A DNA stretch of 64,000 nt from contig NC_045138.2 of assembly GCF_008831285.2 (NCBI RefSeq), positions 39,804,001-39,868,000 on the forward strand, read 5' to 3'. The stretch is from Nymphaea colorata. Taxonomy: Eukaryota. Below, piece after piece: positions 43,194 to 58,000 of this stretch. Made by a program: the position numbers and the translations under genes. The notes beneath the pieces are model-generated. The model was not told where the DNA came from. It did no database searches and worked only from the letters and a program-made list of their open reading frames with translations. The stretch's first letter is position 1; every line of letters starts with the position of its first letter.

Positions 43194-45194
43194 ATACACA
43201 GAGGGTAGAGCTGGGGGCGGCAGGGGCCATGCCTCCAACTTAAAATTTTGAAAAATTAAATTTTACACATTAAAATTTTAACAAATGTTAGTTTGGCCCC
43301 TGTAAAACTTTAAAAAAATACAGGTTAGCCCTTGAAAAAAGTTTTGAGAAATTTTATTCAGTGAGTTGTATAACTGTTCCTTCCCCACCCCTGCATGCAT
43401 ATATCATGAAGAGATAGGAATAAATATCTAGGTTCACAAGTTTGCATTTGTTAGATCGAATTATGCATGCTTTATAAAGAAGAGATAGACATACATATCT
43501 ACGTTGACAAGTTCGCAGTTGTAAGATCCAAATTTGCATCACCGCAATTACAAACTTAAAGTTCAGACAATTACTTTTATTAAATACTCCTTGTTTATAT
43601 ATCAATGAGAGAATAATAGAGAGTTATACATGTCCATACAACTGTAAAAGTTGTCAATGTATGCAAATGTGTCTATTGAATGCTCTTTCCTCATCATTCA
43701 ATGAAGAAAACAATTAAGAAGGTTCATCTTCAAATCATTGAGACAAAAAATGAGTTGTCTTGGGATACATACCTTTGCAAGGTATGTGACATTAAAGTTG
43801 CAAGCAACGTGGATCATATATGATTGTGACATTTGAGCCGCAAGTGATTTAGTGTAACAACCCAACCAAATCTTTGATTGAACTTGGGCTCATGAATTGA
43901 CAGATCTCAACTTGTCTCGTAGCAGTTTTGGTTTCAACCAGCAAAAAGTTAGAAAACAGAACAACCAACTGTTTAACAACCTTTTTTTACAAAGTCCGTA
44001 AAATTTTTCACAATCTTAGATATAAGACTAAACTTTTCAAAGTAAGGTGTTTCATTTAGATCTAGCGCACATATCCTTTGTTAATAAGGAAAATACACTT
44101 AATTTGAAGAAACTTCATGAGTCTAAATAAAAAGTTTGAGCTTATTATTACCTTCAACTCCAAAAGAAAATGATAGTTTTAACTGTGCTAACAAAACAAT
44201 AATACTGGTAGATAAGATGTCTCTTTCTACTTTTGAGTAGATAAATGACAACTTTTGTTCAATTCTGATCAGAAAAAAAGCGCATTTCCTACTGCTAAGC
44301 GTTTGCACAAAATGCAATAATCTTATTCCACTGACAATTTCTCAATTTTATGGGATTATTTTGGTATTTGACAAGAAAGCAAGCAAAATACAAAATGCAC
44401 CAACTTTTTTTTCCCTCTTTTGGCATAGTCGGTTTGAAAGACACTTTCTACGACATGTTCCCGGTGTTTTACTAGAGGGTATTTAGGTAATTTTACAACA
44501 CAAAAAGTTTCCTAGTTCCATTTCTTACTCTTCCTTCAAATCTACGTGACTTGTAAAAAGTTGAAACGAATAGTAAAAAAACTTGCCAAATTTACATAAG
44601 ACCGCTTTTCACCAAGTAATTAAGAGGTTTTTCTTTTTTTTTTTTTGAGAAAAAACTCATGAGTTCCCTAACATTAAAAAAAAAAATTAAAAAAAATTCT
44701 AAGAAAAGGACAAAATATAATGTTAATTTTATATCGTGTGTTTATGCAAGGGACAACGTGCGTGGATTTCAGTGGGGGCTTTGACAGGCAGATCCAACTT
44801 CACGCCATCATTATTAACTTATCATTTTATATTTTAGTGGCACCAAGTCTTGACATGGATAGTTTTTACCTTTAGTGGCGTTTTTATGAAGACTGATTCG
44901 TCTGTAGTGTACTGTCCAAGGAGCAGGTCGGTCAAGGTTTTAAGTGGGCCGGGTCCTAAACTAACCACAAAACCATAAGATGATAAAATGAAAAAAAAAA
45001 TTGGATTTTCAGTTCGAAAATGAAATTTTTTATTGATGGCTTATCTAGTCTTTTGCTTCAATCTTATTTTTTTTTTCTTTTATTTGTCCTCACAAAGATG
45101 AAAAGGAATGGCTGGAATGATGTAGCTGGTCGAGTTAAGGCCATCGCTGATGCTGATGCAGCCTATATTCTCGAAGACAAGGACGGGTTACGGC

Positions 45195-45373
45195 TACTGG
45201 CGGAGCAAAAATTTTTTTTTGAAGGGGCACTAATCCACAAATTTTCATACTTGAAGGGATGCTTACATGTATCACAAAGTAAATATTAGAAGACCTCAAT
45301 GTAAAAATAAAAAAAAATTGAGGAGCTGGTGTGGGCAACTGACCGCACCAGTTTATATGTGACTCCGCCACTG
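45195..45373. mobile_element. MITE, probable hAT-type
   Basis: TIRs TACTGGCGGAG / CTCCGCCACTG with an AT-rich core. Confidence 0.6.
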
Positions 45374-45663
45374 GTTCAGACTATTGTGTGAGAGGGGGGA
45401 CGTTGTTAACCTTTTATTATAGTGGAAAATTGACAAGAAATGATATTTATGAATTTGTTATTACATTATTCCACACGGTGAAAACTAATCCAGATCTCTT
45501 TAATCACATTAAACAGACAGTTCCAATGGGTTTCAGAATTTTGCTATTTTTTGTGTCTGTATCGAGGAGGTGCTATCATCCGAACGTATAGAATCAAATT
45601 ATTTAAGATGCCATTGAACGGCTTGAACTCGACTAGGCTCGTGTGCAATGCTAGACATAGAAA

Positions 45664-45856
45664 CAGGGCAGAGCTAAGTGGGGTCCGGCATGGGACCTTG
45701 CTCCACCTTAAAAAAAAAAAAAAAATTCAAAAACTTACATGTAAATTTTAGAAAATTTTATTTTTTTTATATAAAAATTTTTCAAAAATATTTGAGCCAT
45801 TATCAAAATTTAGAAACTTTAATTCGGTCTCTATAATAAAAAATTTATGGCTCTGT
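45664..45856. mobile_element. Degenerate MITE, probable hAT-type
   Basis: Head CAGGGCAGAGCTA..CCGGCATGGGACC and tail TGGCTCTG match the family at 49644-49817. Confidence 0.55.
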
Positions 45857-46749
45857 TAACATCATCCTAGTGGCAGACAACATACAATCATGGGAATTGA
45901 TGTGTTGTGTTACCGTTTTTTTCGAAAGTAAATCAACGACAGAATGGTCGAGGTGAGCAAAGGGTTGGCTGGGCTCCAGCCCAGCCGGGCCTACTTTGTC
46001 GTGGGCTCGGACTGTTGGCAGGTCCAGTGGGGATCAAATATGATGGTGATCTTTACATACATGTTATTTACCAAATGTATTTATGTTAATCAGATATTCG
46101 ATCTACATCTGATCCATTCTAAGCTAAATCCTAACTTATATCGTGATTAGACCAAGGTTCATCTCTCATATACGTATCGACTCAATTTTTCAGGTGAATG
46201 AGTTGCATGAGTAAAAATCGAAGCCTCCTCCTTCGCTCGCAGCTAGAAAATTCTGATTAAGAGGGTGCTGGTGATAAAATTAAAAAAATTTAAGACGTAT
46301 TAATTTGTGACCAAAAGCATTATCATGAAGTATCAATATAAAAATAAACATTTTATTTTTTGGCATTTCCTAAAAATTCTAAATATTAATTATTTTAATG
46401 CGTTTTTTCGTTTCTTTAAGATTTTTTTTTGAAACATTTCTAGCCCGTATGCACAAACCGATTCAGCTGAACCAATGAACCGGCCGATTCACAGAATCGG
46501 AAACTCCGCAGCTGCCGGTCCGAATTAGGGCTCATTTCTGAAAGCAAGAACTTTCTCTTTGTTCACAGAGAGAGAGAGAAAAAGAGAAAGGAGGCGCCGG
46601 AGGACAAGGACTACAGGGACAAGTCCCTTTATCTCTTTGAAAACCACAGCCACTATAAAAGTGCTGATAATCTTTCCCACACCAATAATGCATCAATCAA
46701 TCTATCGAAGGTGCTGTGACAGTGCCTGCTTTGGTGATGTCCAACCGGT

Positions 46750-46789
<40 letters not shown>

Positions 46790-47184
46790 TAGAGAGAGAG
46801 TGAGAGAAAGAGAAAGCCGATAAAATAGGAATATATAACAAAATTTGGGGACAAGAGGTCCCCTAAATACAAAAACAATCCGTAAAAAACAAAAATAACG
46901 CAAAAAACACAAGCATGAAGAGAAAGAAAGAGAGATGGGTCAAAATGTGAATGCATTAAAGGAAAGGTGGTGGGAAAAGCAATCAAGAACATACAAAAAC
47001 TAATAAATAGATGAAAAGAACGAGAAAAACAGCCTACCAACAAGCAAACAAGGAAATCAGAAAAGGAAGATGAGATCGACGATCTCACTATCCCAAACCA
47101 GTCATGGATTCCATGTACAGACGCCGGATGGATGTAGGTGCGCGGATTGTCTCTTTCACCCAGAGCCTAGAAGCTGGAAACCAA

Positions 47185-47407
47185 TGTTAGAGTGTGGAGT
47201 TTGATCTATATTTAATAGGCTTTTATATAATTTTGTATTTACTTTAATAATAGTGCTTTTTTTCTTGTACTCTTGATCTTTTTGAGATAGGAAAAGAAAC
47301 CTGTGCGGCCATAGACCCAGGAGAGCTTTTTCTTCGAACCATGTTAAAATTCCTGTTTCTTTTCTTGGTGTTGTGAATGAGAAAGAAAGAAGACCTTGTT
47401 CCTAAGA
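47185..47407 (+). mobile_element. Possible degenerate Copia solo LTR
   Basis: Starts TGTTAG, contains a TATA-like tract and a U5-like CCATAGACCCAGG...CGAACCATGTTAAAATT; right end and TSD are eroded. Confidence 0.35.
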
Positions 47408-49643
47408 ACTAGATGGACCTTGGCTGGGCTCACATGGATTAGATAGGCCTTTTTGCTAGAGCAGAGAATCCTTTCCTGGACAGCCCTAACCAAAAGTACT
47501 GTAATAATAGTGCCTTTCTGACCTTACAAATTATGTGTATAGGCCACTGGGAAAAAGACAACTTCAGTCTGTGTTCATGGCAGCAAACAGAACAACTTGG
47601 CCCAAATAACAGAAGATCCATTGAACTGAAGAGCTTTATCTATAATTTCCAAGTTAAAGGACAATAATTCAGTAGTCAGGAACCAGTATGTATTCGTATC
47701 AATCGATGGGTACAATGCGAAACCACTCTCCTTGCCCGTAGGGCATCATCGGGAATACCATTCAACCATCAAAAAGTGTTAAGATTCCACCGTTTGTGGT
47801 TCCAAAAGAGTAGCACTTATGAGAATTAAACAGATGCTGCAACTTCAACACGCCGCCGTAGAACTCATTGTATGAACTGCTTAATATAGGGGTTAATGAA
47901 AGGACTTCATTCTGCATCATAAGTTGGAGTTCCTCAAGTGCCTCTGCTTTTTTTTTTTTTGAATCTTTTAGAATTGTTCAAGCTGCCTCCCACTCTTAGT
48001 AGGTGAAAACGAACAAAAATATATCATTTGAGATCAACTCAACTGGCTCATTAAATAGCCAGGCTGGTTCATACCATTGCCTTAGACAACACCATCGATC
48101 AAAGAGAACAAAAAAAAAAAAAATGAAGGTGGATTCTTGGAACTCGTATTTCTTCGGTCCGTTAACGAAGTTTCTAATGTAGATGTTATGAAACCAAAGC
48201 ACGCTAAGAAGGGGCCGGCGCTTTTCAAGAGCAGTTCAGAGTTTCTCACATTAATTCTCTCGGCCTTAAAAGTGGAGAACCCGTTCTTCTATGATGAAGC
48301 TCCGACGTCACGCAAGGTTTTTGAATATGTCATGCTTCCAGATCTACTTTCGAGATAATATTTGTAAATTATCCATCAACTCTTCAAAGTTTCTCTCGAA
48401 AGTTATACCCTTATTTGAATGTTGATGGATGATCCGTTACTTGCCTAAAAGTTGAGCATCCATTGGTGACTTTTCCGTGTATATTTTCACCTTCAATTGG
48501 AGAATTTGTTACATTGGTAACTTTTTTTTTATATATTTTCACGTCTAATTGGAGAATTGTTTGTGAAAAGTAGCTTTTACAGTGTGTAGAGATCAACATG
48601 TCATCAGTCTTTTGCTCAGTTTTTTTTAACTATTTATATGAAAAGAAGCACTGGAGTACCAAGAGTCTAGCGCCAAAAAAAGTTTAAGTTCAATGCCTGA
48701 ACTGAACTCCCAAAATGAAGCTCATCCCTATAACAGTTTGATTCTTACACTTAGAAATAAAAAAAAAACAAGGGTGTGGGGCATGGGAAAGCGTGCAAGC
48801 AAGGATTTAAGAGCTTTGAGGTGTAAAGTTTTGAACCACTTTGATTGATTCTTACTCAATAGTCAATAGATAAAGGTTGAGCGTTTCTCATAAAATTAAG
48901 TCGTGAGTAATTATTTTTTTAATAATTGAGATCCCCGGTGATAAATTTTTCTTGGACACTATATCTCACGATTCCAGATCCACGATCCTTAACCAGGATC
49001 TTAGTTCTTGTGTTTGAAAGACGCCAAGCGAGACTTTGCATCCCATATATATCATGCTAGACCCCTCCCCAACTCCATCATAAATTTATGGTTCTCGATT
49101 CAGAGGAACCATGAATTTACGGTGGGCTTTGTCGTAACCTAGATTATCATATCCTAATTTCAGGATAATAAATGGTGTTTTTATGATACGGGCGAAACCT
49201 CATGTGAGCATGTGTAGGCAGCTGGATGAACAGTCTCTCAAAATCCACTTATTTACATAGTAATTGGTCCGATATGTTTGATTATTTTATATATTAGTGC
49301 CCCTTAACCATTTATTTATTTCTACATGAAACATTATTTTATCAATGCATTCCAGGTGTTCCCCTTTGTCTAAGAGTCTGTATGACACTAATAATCTTTT
49401 TTTTTATGAGTTTGCATGACACTATGAACTTTTTTTTTTTCAAATTAGTGCCCCTCAGTCAAAAGCTTGTCACTACACCAATACTTTATGACTTATCAAA
49501 TCAAACTTTTATGCCGTTGTTTGTTTATAATTAAGCTCATACAGAATTTATATTTTTGTTACTGACACTAGGAAAGTACTATACGTAGATAGTGAAACTT
49601 AATCGCACTCCCTTCAGCGAAAAAACCCCTAATCTAGTCTAAA

Positions 49644-49817
49644 CAGGAGCAGAGCCAGGGAGAGGCCGGCAGGGGCCATGGCCCCCCTCAGATTTTCAAA
49701 AAATTAAAATTTGAATTTAACCTACAAAAAAACTTGAAAAATTTTATTTCGTTTCTCAATAAAATTTTAAGAGCATAGTTAGGATTTTGTAATGAAAAAT
49801 TCCTAGCTCTGCCTCTG
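49644..49817. mobile_element. hAT-type MITE
   Basis: TIRs CAGGAGCAGAGCCAGG / CCTAGCTCTGCCTCTG; flanks agtctaaa / tggctaaa (6/8) resemble a decayed 8-bp TSD. Confidence 0.7.
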
Positions 49818-52485
49818 TGGCTAAATTATTCAGGTCGACTAGCGATGAATACATTGGAAGTCAAGTCAGAAGAGAAATTAACTACTACATACAACTAAAA
49901 ATAACAGAAGGGCAAACAATTTGCAGCTTAATCTTTCCATAATTTGGTGATCCGAACAGAGATGCGGGCTTGGACATTTGGTCTCATGGAGAAGGTCAGA
50001 TCTCTTGTGAATCTATTCGTTTTTGCTTTGTACATAATTCATTTTTTAGGAAATAAAGAGTGGGGCCTATATCTTAGCAGCATTTTTCAAACAAAAGGAC
50101 AAATTATTTGGTAAGTACCATGTAGATCAACTAGTAAGATGCATGTACTCGGTCACAAATTACATACAACTTGGCAAAGTACGTCCTAAAAATGAGAGCT
50201 CTCCACTTTAAAATAACAGCTACCAAACAACGGCGGAGCTAGAAATTTTTGGCTGATCAAGATGAGAATCTTAGACCCTTCGAATACATAATGATATAAT
50301 TGAAGAATGTTAAGCAAATGAATGAGAAGCACAAATATATAAACAGGCAAAGGGTTGAAGACAACCAATATGTAAATAAATAAATAAAATTTGCGAGTCC
50401 GTTTAGACGACCGCCCACACAAGCCCACATATGTGTGGGTATATAAATAAATAAATATATACATATTATCAGTCATTAACCTGGGGTTTGATATCACCTG
50501 CCACATGCAATTTAATAAACTTCACGTGCATTCTTTCATTGGTAGAGAAGCAGCCGGTGCCTTCCCATCTCATTTCACATGTGAAAGAGAATATATCAGA
50601 GGCATACATAATCAAGAACTTACAATGCATTGATGGTCTAGAAAATCATGAATTTGCTGACAATAAACACGATTTAGTTTACGTTATATATGGTCTATAC
50701 AGGAACTTTTGAGAACCGGTTTTGTAAGGATAGCCCCATCTTTTTAGCCTTATAGTACCACGTAGAAAATACGTGCTTTGAATTAGATCTAACACTTAAA
50801 ATTTTCTTTTGACGACAAATTTTGAACTTAGATTTTTACTGTGACATGATTGGTTGACTTCTGAAAACATGTTTGGTGTTGACAAACGTCTAATCCAATG
50901 CATATTATCTAATAAAATAGAATTGACTGTAATTCGTTTTTGAGAGCCAGTATTTCACAGTAAACGTGAGTAGTCACGTAACGTGATCAACGGGGGGATT
51001 AGTTGGCTATATGATTCATAAATGTTATGTTGATTGATCTCTCCAAAGTTACTTAATTGAGTTGAAACAATTTATGAGCAATCACATCAAAGTGATGAAC
51101 CCATAATCGCTAGATTCTCATATTTGTTCATAGATTATTATCTATAAAACAAATTTCAAAGCTAGTTCTCAACTAAAACTAATTGTTTCACACGAAGAGA
51201 TTTGCGAACTATCCTAGCAATATAATCAAACTCATAATCGATCAATCGGTAGCCGCAGGCTCTTAATTTGAGCCGTCTAAACAAAGGTCAATTCTCGTGA
51301 CGTGGGAAATATAGTGGGGCGATCATGAAATGTCACGCTCAGGCCTTTCGATCTCACGCATTACCCTCGAGGTGATCGGCTTTTCTTTATGGGTACTTTA
51401 GTTCTCTTTGAATTGTCAAATTTGTCGACTTCTGGCGGCAGCCTGATCAGCCTTTGCATTCTATCGTTGTTTATTTAAAATGAGTTCCTCTTATTCTATT
51501 TTATTCCGTCGATGTGAAACCCAGGTAGATTCCAACTGCGAGGTGTAGAAATTACAGAGATCAAAGCCTCCAATCGCCGATCGCAACACCCGCCGCAGTA
51601 GGCCAATGGTTTTTAGTTCAGAAGACGCCATGGCCGGCCGGAGTTTCTAAACTCCGGTGTGCCCAGTCTGAGCTCTGTCCCTCTATATTATATGCTTGAG
51701 TATCTGTAAAGCGAATGGAAATGGGTACCGAGGCATGTTGCTGTTCCCGATAACTAATTAAAAAGTATTCAGGCAATCTAAGAATTCGATGGTTTTTATC
51801 TCTTAATAAACGAGCTTTGCAATGTTCACATTCAGGCCTACTAAATGAAGCCATCTACTTGCTCGATTTATGCTAAGAAGAGTCTCAGATTTTGACTTCT
51901 CTACTGGAAAATGTACCAACTGTGGGAAATATTAACAAACAGTAGGTGATAAGTAGCCATCTCAGAAAATAAAACCTCCTCCCCAATCCCCATCTATAAT
52001 CCTCCCCCTGTTTGGCCCGAGTCAAATTCCAAGATGCGCCCTTGGAACTCTTCAAAATTAGGCGCGTTTTCAGAAGAAACCAAAAGAGTTTGGTCCCCAT
52101 TTGCTCGAACTTGCAGGAAAGAGTAGTTAAGCTGTGTAATGAGTAATTAAGCAGCCTGTGGGGAGGAGGAGGGAAGATCCACACTGAGGGCAATGCAGAA
52201 AGAAGCTCGGCGGAGCAGCAGTTTCGTTACGGAGCACACAAGAATCTGCCATGGTTAACAGCTTCACCTTGAAAAAGGGTCGTCGTCATCATTTCACCAC
52301 CTACAGAACACGTCAAGCGAGCAGAGGTCACCACACACGTGACCGGTGACCCATACTCCCTTCTCCCCTTTATATTCTGCCTTTGGCGCCTTTCCAAATT
52401 TCCATGGCCATTTCCCTCCTTGGCTCCCAAAACATTTGATAGATTCCTTTCCCTCCCCTCTTCCTCTCCCACCAAAATCCCCGGG

Positions 52486-55019
52486 ATGGGTATCGAGTTT
52501 TTGCTTTCCCCTCCCCATTTGGGCGTCGTTTTCGTCCTCTCCATTCTTTTCATGAACAGTCAGGGCCTCGGAGCTTCTGCTCATAACTCGACGGGCCTTT
52601 TGTACAGGGAGCAAGGCATCAGCTGTAACATTTTTAGAGGGAGTTGGGTTTTCGACAATTCGTACCCTCTCTACGATTCATCACGCTGTCCGTTCATAGA
52701 CTCGGAGTTTGACTGCCAGAAGTATGGCAGGCCTGATAAACTGTACCTCAAATACAGATGGCAGCCCCTCGGTTGTCATCTCCCAAAGTAAGCCTCTTCA
52801 TCTTTCTTCCATTTTTTCTTCTGTGCTCCCCGAATCCAAATCAAAGAATCACACTGTTTCTTCTCTTTTAGTCTCTCCCTCTCTCTCTGATTTCTGTTTC
52901 TGTTAACTCTTTATCTGATTGTAGCTTAGTGCTCTTTTCATTGTGTTTGGTATTTTTCTGCTTGTCCAAAGCAATTTTAAGCTCTGTCCCCCCCTCTGTT
53001 AGCTGTGTGTGATTAATGGTTGTCTGTTTTGTAGCTTTAATGCTATTGACTTCCTCACACGGATGAAGGGGAAGAAATTGATGTTCGTAGGTGACTCTCT
53101 GGGGCGCAATCAATGGGTATCCCTCATGTGCATGCTCACATCCGCCGTGTCTACCGCCAGAACCCAGTATAACAAAGAAGAACCACTTTCCTCTTTGACA
53201 TTCCTGGTGAGTACTAAAGGAGAAGAAGAGGAAGAAAAAGAAAAACACCTCATCACCACCGACGCCACTTGTAGTTTCTGTCAGGAAGTAATTTTTTTGT
53301 TCTTGTGATGCTGATGAATGTCAGGCATTTCGGCGTTGCAGGACTATGGCTTCTCTTTAATGTTCTACAGAGCACCGTATCTGGTGGACATACAGTCACA
53401 GAGCACGGGAAGAGTGCTCAATTTGAACTCCATTGAGAATGGCGATTCGTGGAAAGGGGTGGATGTCTTGGTGTTCAATTCAGGACATTGGTGGGTGCAC
53501 AAAGGGAGAATGCAAGGGTATTCTTTCTTTCTTCTGCTCGGGCACCATGTTTGGCTAGTTTAAGCTCTGATTGATCTTTACTACACAGTAAAAACGATCA
53601 TAATCTCTGTAACGCAGATGGGACTACATGCAACTGATGGGCCACACCTTCAAAGATATGGACAGAACAGCGGCTTTCACTCACGCGATGTTAACGTGGG
53701 CGAACTGGGTGGACGCAAACACCGATCCCGTAAGAACGAAAGTGTTCTTCCAAGGAATGTCTCCTACCCATTACGAGTAAGATGCCATCAGCCACCTAAA
53801 GCCGTTCTTTGTATCTGATATCAAAAAGGAAGGATCACATGGACCGCGTTTCCACTGGGGGGAAGGAACATGTGGTGTCTTGGGGCGCAGAAGTGGATGG
53901 AAGGTCTATCTTCTTGTCCATTGCTTAAAAGTCCAACCAGACGAGCCCACATTTCGCTTTCCTCACATGGGTGGCCATTTGGGAATTTGCTAAACATAAA
54001 AAAAACATCTCAATTATTGTTTATTGTTGTTATTACTTACTATTTCAATTCATTTCCTCTATAATGTAAATAGACATAATAATAGTCATGGTGACATAAA
54101 AAACATTGAATGCCATTAAAAGACATGGTCCAAATTTATATACATGTATATATATATATAGGCAAATCAAGTCACTGGGTCTATTTTATTTTCATTAAAT
54201 AGGTAATAATGAAGATTCAATGATATATATTTTTTTAATATACACTCAGTGGTAAGGTTTGTAGGCTGTTCTTATACAGGATCTAGTTAGGAAGGGGAGG
54301 ATTCTGCAATCCTCTCTAGCTGACGTTTTGGTGGAAGTTTCAGATTTATGAGTTGCGTTATGTTCAACAAACCTCAAGGAAAGGACTTTGTCTGTCAATT
54401 TTTTTACAGAAGTTTTTTTAGGTTTTTTGTGATATGAAGAAAACACGCTTAAATTGGCATTTCTTTCATTTAATCGCCTGCTTAAATGAAAAGAAATCAA
54501 AACTTAAGTGTGTTTTTATTATTAATACATCAAAAATTAATCATGTTATTAAGTTTTCCTTCCTTCCTCTCACCTGTGCTGCATTTTTGAATGTTGACAG
54601 CACAGTTGACAGAGGGGAAGGTTAGAAAGAGTCGGCTTCTTTTCAGTTTCTTTGCCATCTTCTTTCTTTTGTTGTCAAGACATTAACATGTGCCTGTTGC
54701 TTTCTATAGGGCCAAGGAGTGGGGCGGTTCGAGCTCAGGCAGCTGCGCTGGTGAGACGAAGCCTGTAGGTGGATTCTTCTACCCGGGAGGTGCCCCAAAC
54801 TTTGAAGCTCAGCTGCTATACGTCTTGCGCAAAATGTCTAAGCCTGCTACCCTTCTGGACGTCACCAGGCTCTCACAGCTCAGAAAGGACGGCCACCCTT
54901 CACTTTACAACGTCGATCCTTCGTCTGGTAAGAAGGGCAGCCCTGATTGCAGCCACTGGTGCCTGGCTGGTGTGCCTGATACTTGGAACCTTCTTCTGTA
55001 TACTAGCTTGTTCTACTGA
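52486..55019 (+). CDS. TBL: TRICHOME BIREFRINGENCE-LIKE (PMR5N + PC-Esterase) polysaccharide O-acetyltransferase, tandem copy 1, 5 exons
   Basis: Exons 52486-52787, 53035-53206, 53342-53517, 53618-53776, 54710-55019 (TGA). N-terminal hydrophobic segment, [73 protein letters not shown]. Confidence 0.96.
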
Positions 55020-58000
55020 TGAGCTTCAAATTGCATTCTGCAAAGATGAAACCAGAGCAGCCATTCATTTCTGACAGATATGTGGCATTTGGGAAGTTGG
55101 TAGTGAAGATTTTTATAGATTTTAATTGGTGTAATCTTGTGTCATTAGCCCATGATTGGCTCATCCCTGTCATTTTTAGCATTGTTGGTTCGAGGTGGAT
55201 TTGATTGTGGATCAATGGCCATTGGTCCTCTGTTATCATCAAATGTTAGTTGCTAGGATCAATTAAATGTGTTGTAATATAAGAATGAAAAGTGGCTACC
55301 AGCAGCCTCAGCTTTTCACTGTGTGGATGTTCACGTTCATCTCAAATAAATGTTGTTTGTTGATCTTTTAAAATGGATTCCAGGTTTTGAATGTAATCGA
55401 GTAGTTGCTAGAGCAAGGGCCAAGGTTAGGAAATGAGGATGTCAACTGCTCCTGCAACACTACAAATTCATAATGGATGTAATTAACCACGTGGGACATG
55501 GTCTGGATCCGATTATTTAAAGCCAAACCCGAGATTTCACACAAGAAGACAAGATCAGAGATCAGAGACCAAATTTGACAAGCAACTAGTTTTTTCTGCA
55601 GTAGAAAGAAGAAAAGAGGTGCTTAGGATTGCCAAGTTTCTGTCCATGATTATTTTAATAAGGCATTAAAAATATACTCTGCTTGCCTTCAGCAAGGGAC
55701 CAATAAGCAATGGGCATCTTGTTCTGTATGTCAGCTTCTACAGGATTTGACATATATTCTCTCTTCTCATAAAGATGGGTTCTATACCAATCCTTCAATT
55801 CAATTTGTAGCCTAAAATATTCTTTTTCTTTCTCTCCAAACAACCTTTCCTGATGTTTCTTCCCTTACAAACCACTCTCTTAGCCTACTTCTGCTGAAAT
55901 TCTCTGTTTATGGCAACTCTCTCTCTCTCTCTCTCTGTATGTGTGTGTTTGATCTGGTTAGGCCACAGTTCTGCTACTGGATCCAACTAGTTGGTCTCAG
56001 ATTCAGTTAGATATCCAACTTGAGTCTGACGGATGCCATTAGCTCCCCCATACAGAAAACATGCTTACACCAAAACCTGCACATTGGTCTCCCATGATCT
56101 GCTTTTTATCTTGATTTGCCTTTGCTTGTTATGGAAACAACAGTAGAGAGAGAAACAAGAAATTAAAGAAAGGGAAGAAATATTCCAACAGTCGTCATTT
56201 TCAGCCTGGTTGCTTGTATTTAAAGCGTCAATGCTTTATCTTTAACGAAGAATAGTGCGTGGAAGCCATGCAATCAATTAATGTAGTAGCTAGGAACCCG
56301 GAAAGTGGAATTTTTTTTTTTCTTCCTCCAATAATTGGAAGGAAACTGTTCTCATTGTTATTGAAAAAGTAACCATATGATTCTTCTGGTATTGATGTCT
56401 GTGCCCTATACGTAAACCTTTGGTTCTGCCTCTGTTTAAATCAACGTGGTTTATTTATTTATTAAATATAAACCTAGCCCAGATAACTAAACTTTTCTTT
56501 TTTGGATCTAAACCTGGACCCATGGAATTTTGTACAAATCAGAATTAGGACACGAGGTCTCCTAACATAAGCAGAAAATTGTATGTCACGTCTCACTTTG
56601 AAAAGTTTAATTTCATATTGAAGATTATGAGATATCTTTAATGGCTTATAAAAATAGGACTATTGATTGGTTGGTTGTCCTCTTTTCTAATCTTTTTGAG
56701 GTTGAAACGGAAACTGTTAGGATGTAGGTTGGGATCCATTAGATCATAGGCTTGAGTCAAATGGGAGAATGGGTTGGGTTGTCAGATTGCAACATGAAAA
56801 AAAAACACATGTATATGAACCTATAGACATGTCAAATTAGAAACTGGAGGCCACTAGTTATAACAGTTTCCTTTCAGTATCTCAATAATTTGTACATATA
56901 CATGATGAAAGCCAAAAGGAGAGATAGGAAACAAAACATAATCACATAGATCATGACTTTACTAAGCTGTACATGACAAGACTTGGGCAACATGTTTATA
57001 TTCCACCTACGAAGGCCCACGATATTTGGCCTTTTCTTTTATTAAATTCTTAAGAAAAGGCTCAATGTGGTGGACCATGAACCCTTTGGCTGGATCGGTG
57101 AGTTCTTCCTTTCCATTTCCATTTTTTTGTTTTCCGGATATTGCGCACTTGCACATTGTGGTCCTTCTTTTGTTTGGCCTCACTTGCAAAAGTTAAAAAA
57201 AAAAATCAAGGATTGAGATCAGAGCTGAGCCGTTGGACAATCTGCGCCACTCGACTTTCAGGAGGCCTAACCCTAAGAGGCATAGCATAGATGATCAAAC
57301 AGTCAGTGGATGAGAGTCTCTGTAGTTCGATTTGATTGAGTGCTAAGTTTTTAGATTGCAAATGGTGACAGTGTGATACTCTAGTTAACGAGTATAGTTG
57401 ATAAGTAAATAATGTACTGGTGAAAGTAACATTGACAATACCGCTTTTAAAATCGACTAGAGTCAGCAGGGATGTCAACGGTGAGATTTGAATAGCATGT
57501 ACTTTTAGTCACCGAGTTGTTTCTTAGATTCAAATATAAATGAAGAAAAGTCGTGTTCACATCTGAATCTGAAATAATATTGTTAATCTAAATCTGATTC
57601 AAGAATATGAGTAATCCAAACAGCATTATGATATGTTAAAGACCAACTTTCAAAATATATGGGCATGGGGAATAGGATGCTAATTTAAAGCGAAATTTGA
57701 TCCGAATCTGAGGGAACATATGGAAATATGAAGTATTTCTTCAGCCGAAATATTTCATGCTGTAATTGTTCGAGTTCACAACTATTGGATTCTAGTAAAT
57801 ATCGTACAATGCATTCGGTAGAGAGTAAAATTATGAGAAATTTTGTCCGTGTTTGATGGCATCAAGTGCCGCAGTTGAAAGTTGTAACAAAAGACAAATG
57901 GTATGACCTATATTTTAATAACAACTTCTCAGTGTTAATGTGAAGCTTCATTAATTATGAAAGAAACAAAGCAGTACAATACTTTACTATGGAAAGAAGT

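Noticed and set aside
46675..46686. snRNA-type upstream sequence element (TTCCCACACCA)
   Set aside because: Imperfect match, no TATA at the expected spacing, and no snRNA or telomerase-RNA body downstream.
46711..46742. miR156-like TGACAG start
   Set aside because: Match ends after 6 nt and no precursor foldback is visible.
47120..47160. Cytochrome P450 K-helix look-alike (KETIR...LHP) on the minus strand
   Set aside because: Needs a frameshift and no other P450 motifs are nearby.
57266..57276. Telomere-like CCTAACCCTAA
   Set aside because: Fewer than two repeat units and no USE/TATA promoter; expected by chance.
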